Assembly (NCBI GenBank): GCA_002269645.1
Contig: NIVC01001760.1
Span: 1 to 64,000, forward strand
DNA: 64,000 bases
From: Macrostomum lignano
Taxonomy: Eukaryota
Direction: 5' to 3'
Made by a program: the position numbers and the translations under genes
Notes under the pieces: model-generated
The model's database searches: none
What the model was told of the DNA's origin: nothing
What the model saw: only the letters and a program-made list of their open reading frames with translations
In this document: piece after piece, positions 35,191 to 49,655 of the stretch
How positions within the stretch are numbered: position 1 is the stretch's first letter
Layout of the letters: every line of letters starts with the position of its first letter

Positions 35191-37152
35191 GCAAGAAAAG
35201 AGTGAATGGAGTTCAGAGACAGCTGACTCAAATCAAGAGCAAAGCAGTCTTTAAATTCCTTAACGATAAAGAAGAGGATTTGCAGCAATATAATTTAATC
35301 TCAGGCCCCAATCTTGTGTTCAGATAGGGGATGACGAAATTCTTGGCAAGCCCGTGTCAAATCCATTGCGCACGTGCCAGCAGAAAAGAGACTGCGAGAT
35401 GAATAAAGGAGAGCGGCATCAGATAGAATAAGTTATGCTTCTTCCTCGGGCAAGGAAACTTGCAAAACAAACGGATTTCCTGGCAAAACCAGAGAAGCAA
35501 ATCCTTTGTGCGAGTCGCCCCATTGTTCTTGCAAAATTTATTATTATACAGAATTCAAGTGCTTCTGTCTTCTTCTTCTTTCTGTATACAGTCTCTTTCC
35601 CGTCTTTCGAATTGAGCTCCGACTCAAGAGAGCCGCTTTGCCACCGGCGGTCGGCTCCTCTGGAGCGCAACAAAAATAGCAATCAGTACCGCCTTGAAGC
35701 AACTTTGCGGGAAATCTTCTCTGCGACAAAGCAAGACAGAAGAATACTCAATGCCATTGTCCCCCCCCAAGGGCAAAGTTGAGGCACAAAACTGCTCCAT
35801 TCGTTCTCAAACAGGGCCAAGTGTCTTTTGTTTGATGAAGCAGAACTGCATCTCGCACCACTGTCGCAATCTAATCAAGATCTACCAACTAATTGTGTTG
35901 CAGAAACTGTTCCTGATTGCTTGACAAATTGTATACAGTATGGCCAAACCGTAGTTGAGTTGCCATTATTTTTAGTTCAACAATCAAAATCCACCCCAAC
36001 TTTCCCAAGACCCATCATCGCGGACCATGGGGCTCATCGTTGAATGCAAATTAGCCGGCTTAGTGCGCGCAACCGTTTCCCTCGTCTCATTTCTTGACAG
36101 GTGCCAACCGACGAATCAATTTCAGTCCATATTAAACAAAGCCAGAGAGTTTTGGTCAATTATAATCAAATTTAGCGACAATGGGTGAAGCGGCCGGTCA
36201 GTCTCACGGTCAGAAGGGAACTCTGTGAGTAGGCCCAGCAGAGACAGCAGAGACTCCAGTAGCTGTCCGAGTCAACTCAACTGGAAAATTGCCCACCCCC
36301 CATGGTGCAGCCCCCCCCCCAGATCTGCCGGGCAAGTTCGGATCTCACTCGGAAGGAGACGTCAAAACCCAGGGTTCCTCAGGGGGGACTCAGTGAGCCC
36401 GGGGGTTTAGGGACCAGCCGCAAGAGTCTTCTTACTCAAGCTCAAACTCAGAAATCGAGCGAGAGGATATTGAGCTCGCGTATATTTTTTGGAGTCCAGC
36501 TGACTGCGAGACCCTCGCAGCAACATGCACGCACGCCATAGTGAAAGGACAGGGCAAGTCTCAATGAAAGTCAAGCCTTGAGGAGGCCACTGAGCGACAT
36601 TATTTTCCTTTCTAGAACTATGAACACGCACCCGATGAAGGCTGGGAAGTATTGGGCAGGAAGCTGACTCCATCATCCCTTGCTTATTATATTTTTATAA
36701 ACAGTCTTATTATAACGGTATGCGTAATAAACTGAATGTAAACCATTTCAACAGGATTAGGTTGATCCGCACCTGAGCTATAGGTCGCTTGATTAACTAA
36801 AGCGAGGACGCGGACTCCTCTGCCTGGTTGCTGGACAGAGGCAGCTGTGACCTAGCGGATTGCGCCTTTATAGTTGAGCAATTTTTTATTATTTGCTACG
36901 CTTCTTGGCCTCGAATTCCTACCTCCCTTGTCCGCTGAGTGCTAGGAGGATCTGCAATTTAATGCAGGTGATTGCCAACCTTGATTTCACAGTCATTTCA
37001 AACGGAAGTCATTCGGGTCTTTGAGAGATCAAAGTTAGAGAGGAGTTGGAGTTGGATTCCATGCCAGTTTGATGCGGGTTGAGAGCAGAAGGAAACAAGT
37101 TCACGCAATTCTACTGTTCACGGGCTGTGATCATGTGAACAGCTGGAGATTC

Positions 37153-37758
37153 AGAGACTAGATCATCACTTAGACTAGCTCATCACTGAGACTAGCTGAT
37201 CACTGAGACTAGATCATCACTGAGACTAGATCATCACTGAGACCAGATCATCACTGAGACTAGATCATCACTGAGACTAGATCATCACTGAGACCAGATC
37301 ATCACTGAGACTAGATCATCACTGAGACTAGATCATCACTGAGACTAGATCATCACTGAGACCAGATCATCACTGAGACTAGATCATCACTGAGACTAGA
37401 TCATCACTGAGACTAGATCATCACTGAGACTAGATCATCACTGAGACTAGATCATCACTGAGACTAGATCATCACTGAGACTAGATCATCACTGAGACTA
37501 GATCATCACTGAGACTAGATCATCACTGAGACTAGATCATCACTGAGACTAGATCATCACTGAGACTAGATCATCACTGAGACTAGATCATCACTGAGAC
37601 TAGATCATCACTGAGACTAGATCATCACTGAGACTAGATCATCACTGAGACTAGATCATCACTGAGACTAGATCATCACTGAGACTAGATCATCACTGAG
37701 ACTAGATCATCACTGAGACTAGATCATCACTGAGACTAGATCATCACTGAGACCAGAT
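37153..37758. repeat. 17-bp minisatellite (ACTAGATCATCACTGAG)n
   Basis: About 35 units. Confidence 0.97.
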
Positions 37759-38807
37759 ACTAATAAAAACAACTTATACCTTACTTATCAAACAATGCAA
37801 AAGCGATCTTCTAATCCCGTCTCCTTGCAAGCTCAAAACCCACGGGGTTCCGCCCGGACCCCCTGTTGAGCTGAACTGAGCGGCCCAGGTACGCACACCG
37901 CTTCGGCAGCTAAACGCATGTTCGCAGCTCCTTATGGTTTCAACCGGGGCTGCGAGAGTTGCCGATGAGCCGTGGATAATGGTTACCCGACACTCGAATC
38001 CCAAACACCCCGCGGAGGCGAACAGGAGCGGCCAACCCCCACAGAGTTAAATAGCCCCTGCTTGGGACAAAACAAAACATAATTCCATGTGTCTCCAGTT
38101 TCCTTGCACGCCGCGGTAAGCAGGCGCGGCTGTCTCAGACGGCTAGGCAAGACCAGAGAGATGCACTGTGAAGTCAAGCGGGTGCAAATGGCGGGCTTGG
38201 TACAATTTTCAAGCCTCACACCTGACCAAGTCTAGCCTGGGGGGCTGTTGGTGTCTGTTGTTAGCTAACAGCCTGGGTTGGCAACTCTGTCTGCGCGCAC
38301 CGGGTCCGGAACGCCAGCAAAATTATCATAGTATGCAAATATGATAGAGAATAACCACTATAAATTAAAGTTTTTTTTATACTATACAATAATCTTTTTT
38401 ATTTCGACGCGAACTCCCCCACCCACAAACCCGAGTCTTCGGAGGCAACCTGGGCCATAGATATATGATTAATAAATCAATAGGTGCCTTACACAGGCTT
38501 GCCAACTGTCGCGTTCGACTCCACTGTTCTGTTTTTGTTAGTCAGTTTGTTGCGAAGTGTCAGTGCGATCGGGCTTTTTGCCGCCTGCCACTGGTGCGAC
38601 CGGGAATTATTCATGGGCTGGTGGGGATAATAAATGACGGGCACCGTTCGCGGAGGTGAGACCTGGCTTTGACTTTGACGTTAGGATAAGAATGTGAAGA
38701 ATGAATTGAATTTGTTTTCACCGAGCTTAATTAAACCGGATATTCCAGGTGGCGTCTGAGCTTAAAGACATTCGCGAGAATGGGAGATATGGCGTGTCAT
38801 ATCGGAA

Positions 38808-39370
<563 letters not shown>

Positions 39371-40264
39371 GAATGCAGCTGGGCAGCGTGAAAGAGGTGA
39401 AATGAAATGATTTATATTTATGCGCCCAAGCGTTTTCTGCACTGCTCGAGCAGCTTATTGTCTCTTTTTTATCTCTCATTTCTTTTCCGAGCTGCAGAGT
39501 CACAGATGAAATGGCTGAGCAACCCTCGGAGGCTGAGACCTAAGCGCGGAGGGAAAGTGTCTCCTGGGAGGGAGGGCGTTGCTGCCAGAACAAGACTCGA
39601 GGGTCCGACGGCCTTCATACGGCCGAGAGAGCAGCAGAGAGGCTGTCAGTCCCCATTGTCCGTCTCTCCATCTCTGCTTTCCATTTTCTATTTCAATTTT
39701 CCATCGCTTCGTCTCTCATTTAACAGCGCTGAGCAAGCAGCATCTCAGCGGCATCATTGTCCGCAGCTATCAAAGCGTGCAAAGTGCTGCCTGAGAATTC
39801 GATATCACCTGGAGAAGTGTTGGGCCTCTTTAGCGAAACTGGCCTTTAACGATCCTCGGTTACAATGCGGCTCAGGTTGTTTCTGCTGTGTGAGAAACTT
39901 GCAGGTGAATCGAGTGAGAAGGTGGAGCCTCAATTCAATTCTTCACAGTGTCGATGTTTGTGAGAGCTCTCGAGTACAATAGAAGTTTTATTTAATGAAA
40001 TTGTCACTTTTATTTACCACTTTTAGCTGAGAGAAAATGGGCAATGGCGGGCCGGGCCAGCCAATTTAAAATAATAAGATTGATGGAGTGAGCTGTGACA
40101 CTGGAGAGAACTGCGGCGTGCAAGGGGCAATAGACAGGCTTAGCCAGGGAAAGAGAAATGTAGGGTAGTCAGCAGCGGGAGAGTTGCGATAGAAACAGGA
40201 AAGGTCAGACCGGGATGGGAATTGACAGAAATGGGAAGAGCAAGATGACAGAAAGTGAAAAAGG

Positions 40265-40450
40265 CTAAGAGAGTGAGACAGAGAGTGAGAGTGAGTGAGA
40301 GAGTGAGAGAGCGAGCGGGTGAGAGAGAGGGTGAGAGAGAGAGAGAGAGAGAGAGAAAGAGTGAGTGATAGAATGAGAGAGTGCGAGAGAGTGATAGAGT
40401 GATAGAGTGATAGAGTGAGAGAGTGAGAGAGAGTGGGAAAGTGAGAGAGA

Positions 40451-40492
<42 letters not shown>

Positions 40493-40635
40493 GGCGCCTC
40501 CTATCTCGGGCACTGACACGGTAGAAAGTCAGAAAGGACTGAAAAAAGTCAATTTAAATTGAGTAGCCGATATTTCCGATAGTGAGAAAGTGAGAGAGAG
40601 GGTGAGAGAGTGAGAGAGTGAGATAGTGAAAGAGA

Positions 40636-40671
<36 letters not shown>

Positions 40672-41245
40672 GAGAGAGGGTGAGAGAGAGAGTGAGAGAG
40701 AGAAAGAGAGAGAGAGTGGGAGAGTAGGAGAGTGAGAGAGTGAGAGAGTGAGAGAGTGAGAGAGTGAGAGAGTGAGAGAGTGAGAGAGTGAGAGAGTGAG
40801 AGAGTGAGAGAGTGAGAGAGTGAGAGAGAGAGAGTGAGAGAGTGAGAGAGAGAGAGAGAGAGAGGTGAGAGTGAGAGAGTGAGAGAGTGAGAGAGTGAGA
40901 GAGTGAGAGAGTGAGAGAGTGAGAGTGAGAGAGTGAGAGAGTGTGAGAGTGAGAGAGTGAGAGTGAGAGAGTGAAAGAGAGAGAGAGAAGAAGGAGAGTG
41001 AGAGAGGAGAGAGTGAGAGAGTGAGAGAGTGAGAGAGTGAGAGAGTGAGACAGGTCAGAGATGAGAGAGTGAGAGAGTGAGAGAGTGAGAGAGTGAGAGA
41101 GTGAGAGAGAGAGAGTAGAGATCGAGAGAAGAAGAAATGAATTAGAACAGAGTGAGAGAGTGAGAGAGTGAGAGAGTGAGAGAGTGAGAGACACTGAGAG
41201 AGAGCCTGAGAGTGTGAGAGTGAGAGAGTGAGAGTGAGCCAGAGT
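40265..41245. repeat. (GA)n / (GAGAGTGA)n purine repeats
   Basis: Direct reading. Confidence 0.93.
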
Positions 41246-41639
41246 GACACACGAGACATCATCAAAAACAATCCAATGCAGGAAAGTCTGCTAAAAGAAA
41301 TAAAAACTCTGACAATGGCAGACAGGTCATATCTATCCACAATGAGAGCTCGCCACTTCCCCACCGCATGCTGCGATCGAGAACCGAAATTTCTGAATTA
41401 GAACCCCGGCCCAATGACAATTGAGAGACAGAGAGAGAGCCTGCAAGCTGACAGGGCTCGACAAGTACGGCCTAGAAGAGGCTGCGAATACTCGAACTGG
41501 GGCCGGGATTTGCCTAATTACTCATATCGTTAAACTATGGAGTGCAGTTGAGTACTGAGAGACAGCCGGCTGCCGTGTGTCTCGGCGTGCTGGCTTCAGC
41601 TTTGCTGTAACTCTGCCCGTCACCTGCTGTCATGGCTGT

Positions 41640-42470
41640 CGTGAAGGGAGATGGAATAGAGAGTGAAGGGAGAGTGAAGGGAGAGTGAAGGGAGAGTGCA
41701 TGGAGAGTGAAAGAGAGTGAAAGGAGAGTGAAGGGAGAGTGAATGGAGAGTGAAGGGAGAGTGAAGGGACTGTGAAGGGACTGTGAAGGGACTGTGAAGG
41801 GATTGTGAAGGGACTGTGAAAGGACTGTAAAAGGAATTTGAATGGAGAATGAAGGAAGAGTGAGAATAGAGAGTGAAGGGAGAGTGAATAGAGAGTGAAA
41901 GGAGAGTGAAGGGAGAGTGAAAGGAGAGTGAATAGAGAGTGAAGGGAGAGTGAATAGAGAGTGAAAGGAGAGTGAAGGGAGAGTGAAAGGAGAGTGAATA
42001 GAGAGTGAAGGGAGAGTGAAAGGAGAGTGAAGGGAGAGTGAATAGAGAGTGAAGGGAGAGTGAATAGAGAGTGAATAGAGAGTGAAGGGAGAGTGAATAG
42101 GGAGTGAAAGGAGAGTGAAAGGAGAGTGAAGGGAGAGTGAATAGAGAGTGAAGGGAGAGTGAAAGGAGAGTGAAGGGAGAGTGAATAGAGAGTGAAAGGA
42201 GAGTGAAAGGAGAGTGAAGGGAGAGTGAAGGGAGAGTGAATAGAGAGTGAAGGGAGAGTGAAGGGAGAGTGAAGAGAGAGTGTGAAGAGAGTGAATGGAG
42301 AGTGAATAGAGAGTGAAGGGGAGTGAAGGGAGAGTGAAGGGACTGTGAAGGGACTGTGAAGGGACTGTGAAGGGACTGTAAAAGGAGTTTGAATGGAGAA
42401 TGAAGGAAGAGTGAGAATAGAGAGTGGAGGGAGAGTGAAGGGAGAGTGAACAGAGTGAAGAGAGAGTGAA
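41640..42470. repeat. 10-bp minisatellite GGAGAGTGAA with AAG/AGG/ATA variants
   Basis: Direct periodicity. Confidence 0.94.
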
Positions 42471-43129
42471 ATGAAAAGAAGGGTGATGAGCAGGTATCTC
42501 AGCAGGGCCCCATAGAATGCAATGAATTGAAGCAACCTGAAAGTTATTAAACGAGAGCTGCTATGCCGAGCTGAAGAGGGGATACCGGATCCAGTTAGAA
42601 AAACTATTGGAAATAATAAACTGAACAAATAAGTCAGTGACTGAGCTGGCTGTGATAAATGAGAATGCAGTGCATGACGCTGGTTGAGTCACGAGCCGAC
42701 ACCAACAAAAAACAGAATCACCAGAATCCGGCGATGTAGCGAATTGAGATTCACTTAGAGAAGTTTGTCTTGTCATCTTCTGCCTCCCTGTCTGTCTTGA
42801 CACGCGAGAAAATAAAAAAGCCGCTGCATCCCCCGGTACCTGGCTAAGCTGGAAGTGAATAGAAGAGGATTCTGCCTTCCAGCCTCCCACACGATGTCGC
42901 GCCCCGCACTGCTTAAGAGTGAAAAAAGTGACGGAGAAGCGCAGAAGAGACAAAGTGAGCTCCGCGTGGCGCCCCAGAAGAAGAAGAAAAACACGGCAGA
43001 GAAAAAGCACCCCGTTGGAGCCGGGAAAGTCTGCTGTTATAAAAAATGAGCAACTACTTCTCAAATTCTTCAAACCAACAAACCCTTACGTTGCATCTGG
43101 GGCCCTGATTTTTGAGACACAAATCCTGC

Positions 43130-44112
43130 GCGTGGCGCTAAAATGAGTCTGTGGCGCCAAAATCTGTTCTGTGGCGCTAAAGTCTAGTCTGTGGCGCTAA
43201 AATGAGTCTGTGGCGCCAAAATCTGCTCTGTGGTGCCAAAGTCTAGTCTGTGGCGCTAAAATGAGTCTGTGGCGCCAAAATCTGTTCTGTGGCGCTAAAG
43301 TCTAGTCTGTAGCGTTAAAATTTAGTCTGTGGCGCCAAAATCTAGTCTGTGGCGCTAAAATTCAGTCTGTGGTGCCAAAATCAAGTCTGTGGCGCTAAAA
43401 TCTATTCTGAGGCGCTAAAATCTAGTCTGTGGCGCTAAAATCTATTCTGTGGCGTTAAAATCTAGTCTGTGGCGCTTAAGTTCAGTCTGTGGCGCTAAAA
43501 TCTAGTCTGTGGCGCTAAAATCTAGTCTGTGGCGCTTAAGTTCAGTCTGTGGCGCTAAAATCTAGTCTGTGGCGCTAAAATCTAGTCTGTGGCGCTAAAA
43601 TCTAGTCTGTGGCGCTAAAATCTAGTCTGTGGCGCTAAAATCTAGTCTGTGGCGCTAAAATCTAGTCTGTGGCGCTAAAATCTAGTCTGTGGTGCTAAAA
43701 TCAGTCTGTGGCGCTTAAGTTCAGTCTGTGGCGCTAAAATCTAGTCTGTGGCGCTAAAATCTAGTCTGTGGCGCAAAAATTCAGTCTGTGGCGCTAAAAT
43801 CTAGTCTGTGGAGCTAAAGTCTGCGGCGCTATGGTCTAGTCTAAGACGCTTAAATCAAGTCTGCGTGGCGCTAACATCTAGTCTGGCACTAAAATCTAGT
43901 CTGTGGCGCTAAAATTCAGTCTGTGGCGCTAAAATTCAGTCTGTGGCGCTAAAATTCAGTCTGTGGCGCTAAAATTCAGTCTGTGGCGCTAAAATTCAGT
44001 CTGTGGCGCTTAAATTCAGTCTTTGGCGCCAAAATCTAGTCTGAGGCGCTAAAATCTAGTATGTGGCGCTATAGTCTAGTCTGTGGCGCTAAAGTTTAGG
44101 CTGTGGCGCTAA
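43130..44112. repeat. 20-bp minisatellite (CTGTGGCGCTAAAATCTAGT)n
   Basis: About 48 units, homogeneous centre and degenerate edges. Confidence 0.96.
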
Positions 44113-44792
44113 ATTTCATGCCAGAGTCTTAGGGAGCTAGTTTTTAGCTATCCATGTAGCTTGGGATTTTTTGGAGACATGCGACTGGAGTGTAGCTGGG
44201 ATTTTGCGCGTAAAGACAGTTGATGATGAGGAGGAAGGCTTCATCATCAGCATCAGCATCATAATAAACCATTGGGGACCCGGCAGCCCTGACTTGTGCC
44301 GGCTGGTTGGTGAAGCTTTGAATATTATTGAGACTGGGAAGCGGGCAGCGGCTTGCTTGGGAATTTTTGTTAGAGAGCGGCTGAGGATTTGGGAAGAAGT
44401 TTGGGAAGAGAGGATTTTCAAGCTTTTTTAGCTGAAGAGTGAGGAGGCGGGGCGGGGTGCAGCGTGCTGGGTTCGGGGGGGGGGTTAGCGAAATTAATTC
44501 CTCACTTTTTTCTCCTCTTGTTCCACAAATCCCACCAGAGTTTTCCCATGATGCGGGACCAGACTCATCTCGGTGAGTGGGCTGGGGCGGGCGGGGTCCC
44601 TAATCAATAAGTAATACACTGACAAAGACCTGAGCTGCTCAGCTTTGAAGGGGCCTGGCAGTTGTTGAGGTGAGGCATTGCTCAGTTTGGGTTTCACTCG
44701 GCACTTCTGGTTTCAATATTGGTTTGATGCGGTTAGGGCCAGTTTTAGATTCTGGATTATTTCGGATCTTGAACCTAACTTTTTCAGACATT

Positions 44793-45410
44793 TGGAGATG
44801 CTTTGATTCGTGTTGTGAATATCTGTGAATATGTGAATATTCTAGTGTTTGTGAATATTCTAGTGTTTGTGAATATCCGTATTGTGAATATCTAGTGTTT
44901 GTGAATATCCGTATTGTGAATATCTAGTGTTTGTGAATATCCGTATTGTGAATATCTAGTGTTTGTGAATATCCGTATTGTGAATATTCTAGTGTTTGTG
45001 AATATCCGTATTGTGAATATCTAGTGTTTGTGAATATCCGTATTGTGAATATCTAGTGTTTGTGAATATCCGTATTGTGAATATCTAGTGTTTGTGAATA
45101 TCTGTATTGTGAATAATCTAGTGTTTGTGAATATCCAGTGTTTGTGAATAAATCTAGTGTTTGTGAATATCCGTATTGAGAAAATCTAGTGTTTGTGAAT
45201 ATCCGTATTGAGAAAATCTAGTGTTTGTGAATATCCGTATTGTGAAAATCTAGTGTTTGTGAATATCCGTATTGTGAATAATCTAGTGTTTGTGAATATC
45301 TGTATTGTGAATAATCTAGTGTTTGAGAGTATTCTAGTGCGGTGAATATCTGGTGTTGTGAATAATTATTGTTGGTGAATATCTTAGTGGTGAATATCTA
45401 GTATTCATAA
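44793..45410. repeat. 32-bp minisatellite of two GTGAATAT-initiated subunits
   Basis: GTGAATATCCGTATT plus GTGAATATCTAGTGTTT. Confidence 0.93.
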
Positions 45411-45877
45411 AATAGTCACAGACCCAGTTTGCTGTTCCTGTCAGCAGTTGTGCCGTATGAGGAATGAAAGCGATGACGGAATGAGGAAATGAAATAATAA
45501 GAGCCGGCCTGTTGGAGAGCAGCTGAGCGGAGCAGTGGAATAACATTTTCTCTTCCGGTTTTTTTCTTATTTTCTCTTAGCTCTCACTCAAACTCGTTAT
45601 GGCACACGAGTGGAAGGGAAGGGAAAAAAGTGCATTAACAATAACAAAATGGTTGGAAAGACTGAAGGAGAAAATCGAGCACCTGCCTTTGAAGTGGCCA
45701 GTCGGAGAGTTTTGCTTTCTAGCTTGCTTTTCAAAGAGAGGAGGTGGCTGTCTGGGGGGCGCGGGGGGCATGGAGGTCTGGACAGGGGATCTGGTTCTAG
45801 CCGCGATAGTTAGGGTTCCCTCAGATTGCTCAGAAAAATTGAATGTTGTATGTAAAGAAGAAATGAAACATTTTCTG

Positions 45878-47520
45878 GATGTCTACATCTGCATGTCCAC
45901 ATCTGCGTGTCTACATCTGCATGTCTACATCTGCGTGTCTACATCTGCATGTCTACATCTGCATATCTACATCTGCATGTCCACATCTGCGTGTCTACAT
46001 CTGCATGTCTACATCTGCATGTCTACATCTGCATGTCTACATCTGCATATCTACATCTGCATGTCTACATCTGCATGTCTACTACATCTGCATGTCTACA
46101 TCTGCATGTCTACATCTGCATGTCTACTACATCTGCATGTCTACATCTGCATGTCTACTACATCTGCATGTCTACATCTGCATGTCTACTACATCTGCAT
46201 GTCTACATCTGCATGTCTACTACATCTGCATGTCTACATCTGCATGTCTACTACATCTGCATGTCTACTACATCTGCATGTCTACATCTGCATGTCTACA
46301 TCTGCATGTCTACATCTGCATGTCTACTACATCTGCATGTCTACATCTGCATGTCTACTACATCTGCATGTCTACTACATCTGCATATCTACATCTGCAT
46401 GTCTACTACATCTGCATGTCTACTACATCTGCATGTCTACATCTGCATGTCTACATCTGCATGTCTACTACATCTGCATGTCTACATCTGCATGTCTACA
46501 TCTGCATGTCTACATCTGCATGTCTACATCTGCATGTCTACATCTGCATGTCTACTACATCTGCATGTCTACTACATCTGCATGTCTACTACATCTGCAT
46601 GTCTACATCTGCATGTCTACATCTGCATGTCTACATCTGCATGTCTACATCTGCATGTCTACATCTGCATGTCTACTACATCTGCATGTCTACTACATCT
46701 GCATGTCTACTACATCTGCATGTCTACTACATCTGCATGTCTACTACATCTGCATGTCTACTACATCTGCATGTCTACTACATCTGCATGTCTACTACAT
46801 CTGCATGTCTACTACATCTGCATGTCTACATCTGCATGTCTACTACATCTGCATGTCTACTACATCTGCATGTCTACATCTGCATGTCTACTACATCTGC
46901 ATGTCTACTACATCTGCATATCTACATCTGCATGTCTACATCTGCATGTCTACATCTGCATGTCTACATCTGCATGTCTACATCTGCATGTCTACTACAT
47001 CTGCATGTCTACTACATCTGCATGTCTACTACATCTGCATGTCTACATCTGCATGTCTACATCTGCATGTCTACATCTGCATGTCTACATCTGCATGTCT
47101 ACATCTGCATGTCTACTACATCTGCATGTCTACTACATCTGCATGTCTACTACATCTGCATGTCTACATCTGCATGTCTACTACATCTGCATGTCTACTA
47201 CATCTGCATGTCTACATCTGCATGTCTACTACATCTGCATGTCTACATCTGCATGTCTACATCTGCATGTCTACATCTGCATGTCTACTACATCTGCATG
47301 TCTACATCTGCATGTCTACATCTGCATGTCTACTACATCTGCATGTCTACTACATCTGCATGTCTACATCTGCATGTCTACTACATCTGCATGTCTACTA
47401 CATCTGCATGTCTACTACATCTGCATGTCTACTACATCTGCATGTCTACTACATCTGCATGTCTACATCTGCATGTCTACATCTGCATGTCTACTACATC
47501 TGCATGTCTACATCTGCATG
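45878..47520. repeat. 14/17-bp minisatellite (CATCTGCATGTCTA +/- CTA)
   Basis: About 105 units; the 550-650 aa ORFs across it are by-products. Confidence 0.97.
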
Positions 47521-48329
47521 TTTAAAGCAACATTTTTAAAAACTTTGATCCGGAGAATTTAGTTTTAACTGGTTAAAAATAGCCAAATCCAGATTCCTAG
47601 TTTGTAAAAGTGGTCCTTGGCGCGGGCCGCTGCACTGCGGGAAAAAGGTTTGGTTTTTGGTGGCGGGCGGCATTGGGAAGCGCTTGGAATGGGTTGGTGC
47701 TGGTTGGTCTGTTATTCTAGGAGGAAGTGGTTAGAAGCCTTCTCTTGTCTGAATTGAAAGTTGCCTGGTGGAGCTGGCCTCTCCAGAACTCAGAACTCAA
47801 TTCCCGGCATGCCACTCCGAGAGGAGCAGGAGGCGGGAGAGAGAGGGAGAGGTGACAGAATGGCATTCACCGCGGTGAAGGGCCCGCAGTGGTGCATTTC
47901 ACTGTCAATTAATAAGGGAAGGTAGGGGCCGGCAGCCACAAGGCTAGCGGAAGCTCTAAGCCCCCTCTTCAATGAGAATCCCCCCCCTCAATTTGGGGAA
48001 ATAGCGCCCTGGCGGCAGTCTGGCTGACCACCTCCCATCATAAACTAGACCCGAGACCCAGACTCAGCTCTCCCCATCTCTGCTTATCCTACTCGTGTCA
48101 GCCAGCGCAATTCCGACACAATTGACAATCCCAATTATTTTGCAGCGTTGCAGCCCTGGAAAAGAGTGGGGGAGCGCTTTTTGTTGCTGCTGTCAGACCG
48201 GCTCAGGGCGGAGAGGCGTTTAGCTGGCTTAGCTTGCACCTGACCAGTGAACGGTTGGGGGATTCTCTAAATTGATACCCGCTCATTCGGGGTGTTTAGT
48301 TGTTTGGTTTGAGGTATCTTAGTTGGCTG

Positions 48330-48630
48330 GTTCGGGGTGTCTTTGGTGGCTGATTAGGGTTGTCTTTGGTGGCTGATTAGGGGTGTCTTTGGTGGCTGAT
48401 TAAGGGTGTCTTTGGTGGCTGATTAGGGGTGTCTTTGGAGGCTGATTCGGGAATTTCGGGGTGTCTTTGGTGGCTGATTTGGGGTGTCTTTTGTGACTGA
48501 TTAGGGGTGTCTTTGGCGGCTGATTTGGGGTGTCTTTGGCGGCTGATTCAGGGTGTCTTTGGCGGCTGATTCAGGGTGTCTTTGATGGATGATTTGATGT
48601 CTCTGGTGAGTGATTTGGGGTGTCTTTTGG
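48330..48630. repeat. 23-bp minisatellite (GATTAGGGGTGTCTTTGGTGGCT)n
   Basis: Direct periodicity, degenerate. Confidence 0.9.
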
Positions 48631-49289
48631 TTACCGATTTTAGCTAAAACAATTAGCTAACTTGAGATCTAATAACATTCATTCAGTTAGCCCCAGCATC
48701 ACTAATAGTCATCAATAAGAGTCGGAGGGTGTGTACAGTAGTTGAAATCATCATTCTAAAAATATGAATTAATGGCATTATTCAGCTAGGATAATGGCAA
48801 TCAGTGACGCCATTTTAGACGCGCAGCAATTGAAATGGTTACATGAGTATAATTGTGGCTAGTAGAATTTCACCTGTGCGCCAGGCTCACTGCAGCTGCC
48901 CCACCCAACCGAATAAGCCTTCGGGGCACGCTGGGCCTTCATCTCGGTATCCGGGCAGCCCCGTTTCCCCCAGCATTCCGGAACCACCAGACAGACAGCT
49001 CCCGCCTCCCATTTGAGTCCCGCCTTCTCCCCAACAGAATCCCTTGGGGGCTGATGACGGGAAATGGCTTCATTTTCTACACCGGCATTCTTCCGTAAGA
49101 AGGCCGTTTGACTCCTTTTCCAGAGCCCGAGCTGGGGGTCGGCCTCCGCCCGGAGACAAGCGCTGAGGATTCCGAGAGAAAAAATTAAGAAAAAAAGAAT
49201 TGAGACACAGGAAAAAAACCTATTATCGAACCAGGGACTACTGAAGGGTGCGTCCTGGTCTTCACAGAGCTGCCCTGGATTGGAAGACG

Positions 49290-49465
49290 GAAGCGATGGC
49301 TCTCCCATCTCTTCTCTCTGCTCTCTCTTCTCTCTCCTCTCCTCTCTCTTATCTCTGCTCTCTCTCCTCTCTTCTCTCGCATCTCTTCTCTCTGCTCTCT
49401 CTCCCTTCTCCCCTCTCTTCTATCCTCTCCATTCTGTTCTCTCCCCTCTTCTCTCTCCCCTCTCC

Positions 49466-49535
<70 letters not shown>

Positions 49536-49655
49536 TCTCTCCCCTCGTCTCTCCACTCTTGTTCTCTCTCCTCTCTTCTCTCTCTCTCCTCTCTTCTCTC
49601 CCCTCTTCTCTTCTCTTCTCTTCTTTCTTATCTCTTCTCCCATCTCATCTCTCAG
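49290..49655. repeat. Pyrimidine (TC-rich) low-complexity tract
   Basis: Direct reading. Confidence 0.88.

Noticed and set aside
45599-47562. Three 548-646 aa ORFs (HLHVYICMSTSAC)n
   Set aside because: A stop-free minisatellite open in all three frames; not gene-like.
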